Positions 62,235 through 64,000 of a DNA stretch of 64,000 bases are shown here, piece by piece (the stretch's first letter is position 1; every line of letters starts with the position of its first letter). A program made the translations under genes and the position numbers. The stretch is from positions 620,001 through 684,000 of the forward strand of contig JAPETS010000001.1 in assembly GCA_026023565.1 (NCBI GenBank), given 5' to 3'. The DNA is from Cirrosporium novae-zelandiae. Lineage: Eukaryota. The notes under the pieces were generated by a model. That model was not told the origin of the DNA. It saw only the letters and a program-made list of their open reading frames with translations, and made no database searches.

Positions 62235-64000
62235 ATTATGGTAATTATGGAATGGATGGAGTTCCCGACTATGGTTGAATGAATTTGATACCCAGCATAC
62301 GAAAAAGGGGAATGGCGATAACAAAAAAAAAACGGCGTATGTTAAGAACCCTGCTCGTTTTAGCTTGGTGCTAGGTGTTATTTGATTTTGGTGCAACGAG
62401 TTATGTAGCATAAGATGAAATCCGTTAATGGAAAACATTATTATTGCGTTTTTAAAGAAAAAGGGATATATTCTTCTTCTTTATGAATCTACTAGAGAAA
62501 TAACGAAATAGTAAAAAGCTGTGAGTAAAAAAAGGTACAGTACCTATCAACCGAACAGATATCTATCTACAGTAATTTTTGCGCTTTCCCCGTTCCCCGT
62601 TTTAATTAATTAGCAGGTGAGCCCATCCCATGCCATCTATACCCACCCTGATCCTCGCACAACCACGCGATAGTAATTAATTAAATTAATTAGATGAATT
62701 TTCAGGAACAAGCCGAACTCGCTTTATCTACTAGCTTCCAACACCACCCCCATTTTTGTTTTGTTGCTTAGTAGGTGTGTGTGTGCACCGTTGTTTTACG
62801 TTTACTGTAAATATTGTAGTGGGGTATTTTAAGTAGTAAATATAATATAATACTGTAGGTGATCAATGCGTTTGGGGTTGGGGTTTGGGGGGTTGGAACA
62901 GTAAGGATGATCCTAGTGATTAGACTATCTATCCTAATGAACCCCGGATTTGCCCAAGTTCTTTCCATCCAGTTTTCTTCATCAAGATCTTAACTTCCAT
63001 CTACTTCTTAGCATAAAAAACCCCCCTGAAATTTCGCATTCAAGCAATACGGGCTTTGAGAAGAAGAATAAGTGTTTAACCATCATAAGGGATAGCATAG
63101 TCCGTGTAAGCCACGAGAGGAAATACATTCAAACTATAAGCAAGTCTTTGGTATGAAGGAGGTGGTGCTAAGATTGATATCTGGAGAGAGGGGATGAATA
63201 GATGGATGGGTCATTTGCTTCTATGATAAGGGGATTGGCTCTGGATGTGTATTTGAGTGATTTCTTAAGCAAGGTCTTTGAAATAGGGATGGCTTATGGT
63301 GAGGGGTTAGGTTGTGAGGGTGGCGTAAAATATGTTGAGGGCCCATCCCTTGATCTCTGCTAAGAAGAATTGGGGCACAAGGTGCTTCCTTTGAATATCT
63401 TCCATCCAGAGTAAAGCTGCCCGATAATTTCTTCAATAAGCCTCTACCAATGCATTGGTAGACACAAACTTATCCTTCTCTATATTGGAAAGAACCATCT
63501 CGGAGATGTAAAAGGGCTTCCACTTACGTACTTTGAGCGGTTCTGTAATAATGTAACTAACAAATCTGGTGCTTCGGGCCGCCTTAGAAAGTCAAGTGTT
63601 GCACACTATCTCAGGCCTTTCTGCCTGGATAGGTAGTCCTTCTGGCCAGTTGGTATGATTAACAAAAAAGCCTGTCTATTAACGAAATTTTTTAGTACCG
63701 AGCTCCTCAGGCATCTAAGCCGGCGACTTATAAGCCTGAAGGGCAGCATTATTCCTTGTTTTATGTTTTGACTTCCAGAACTTCAGTCCACTATGTTGTT
63801 GTCGCAAAGAGAGGTCTGGGAAGTTCGGTAGAACAACTCAAACTCAGATAAGATCTGTGCCATCTTCTTCGTATGTGAAGATGGGACCGGGATTGGTGTA
63901 GGGTTGCACAGAAATGGTTGAGATGATCAATAGATTGGTCTAAAGTGAGCATAGCCCTAAATTTCTGAACTTACTTAGAGACACCTTCAATGTGCAGAGA

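Noticed and set aside
63000..64000. Possible decayed gene or retroelement on the minus strand (HTNWPEGLP...WKPFYISE...LLWMEDIQ)
   Set aside because: About 8 stops in ~200 codons is near random expectation, and I recognise no RT, RNase H, integrase or transposase motif; needs BLASTx.

Overview
Eukaryotic DNA from a filamentous ascomycete (Pezizomycotina-type GT-AG introns, mostly ~50-80 nt, with CTRAY branch points). Intergenic spacers are AT-rich and full of microsatellites. I support about 18 protein-coding genes, spliced by hand: a Cst26/LCLAT-type acyltransferase (5'-partial), CTR9, a CRIB-domain protein, an STL1-like sugar/glycerol transporter, CWC2, RBG2/DRG2 (9 exons), SIS1 (with a perfect heat-shock element), PBN1/PIG-X, ERF4, a small Cys/Thr-rich protein, a Ser-rich membrane protein, RCE1, a Tse2-like ADP-ribosyltransferase-domain gene, a yapsin-type aspartic protease, a hypothetical gene, SCC4/MAU2, ALE1 and a conserved membrane/coiled-coil protein. 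I recognised no tRNA, rRNA, CRISPR or intact transposon. Best leads: (1) ERF4 has a ~180-codon stop-free N-terminal extension inside ~835 nt with no ATG in any frame, suggesting non-AUG initiation. (2) A spliced Tse2-like toxin-domain gene has a mitochondrial-type leader and a last intron lacking its AG. (3) The 264-nt third intron of ALE1 folds into a long nested structure. (4) An orphan GC-rich multi-stem, pseudoknot-capable element at ~10.8-11.1 kb lies in a gene desert. Family assignments come from motif recognition only; no searches or folding programs were run.
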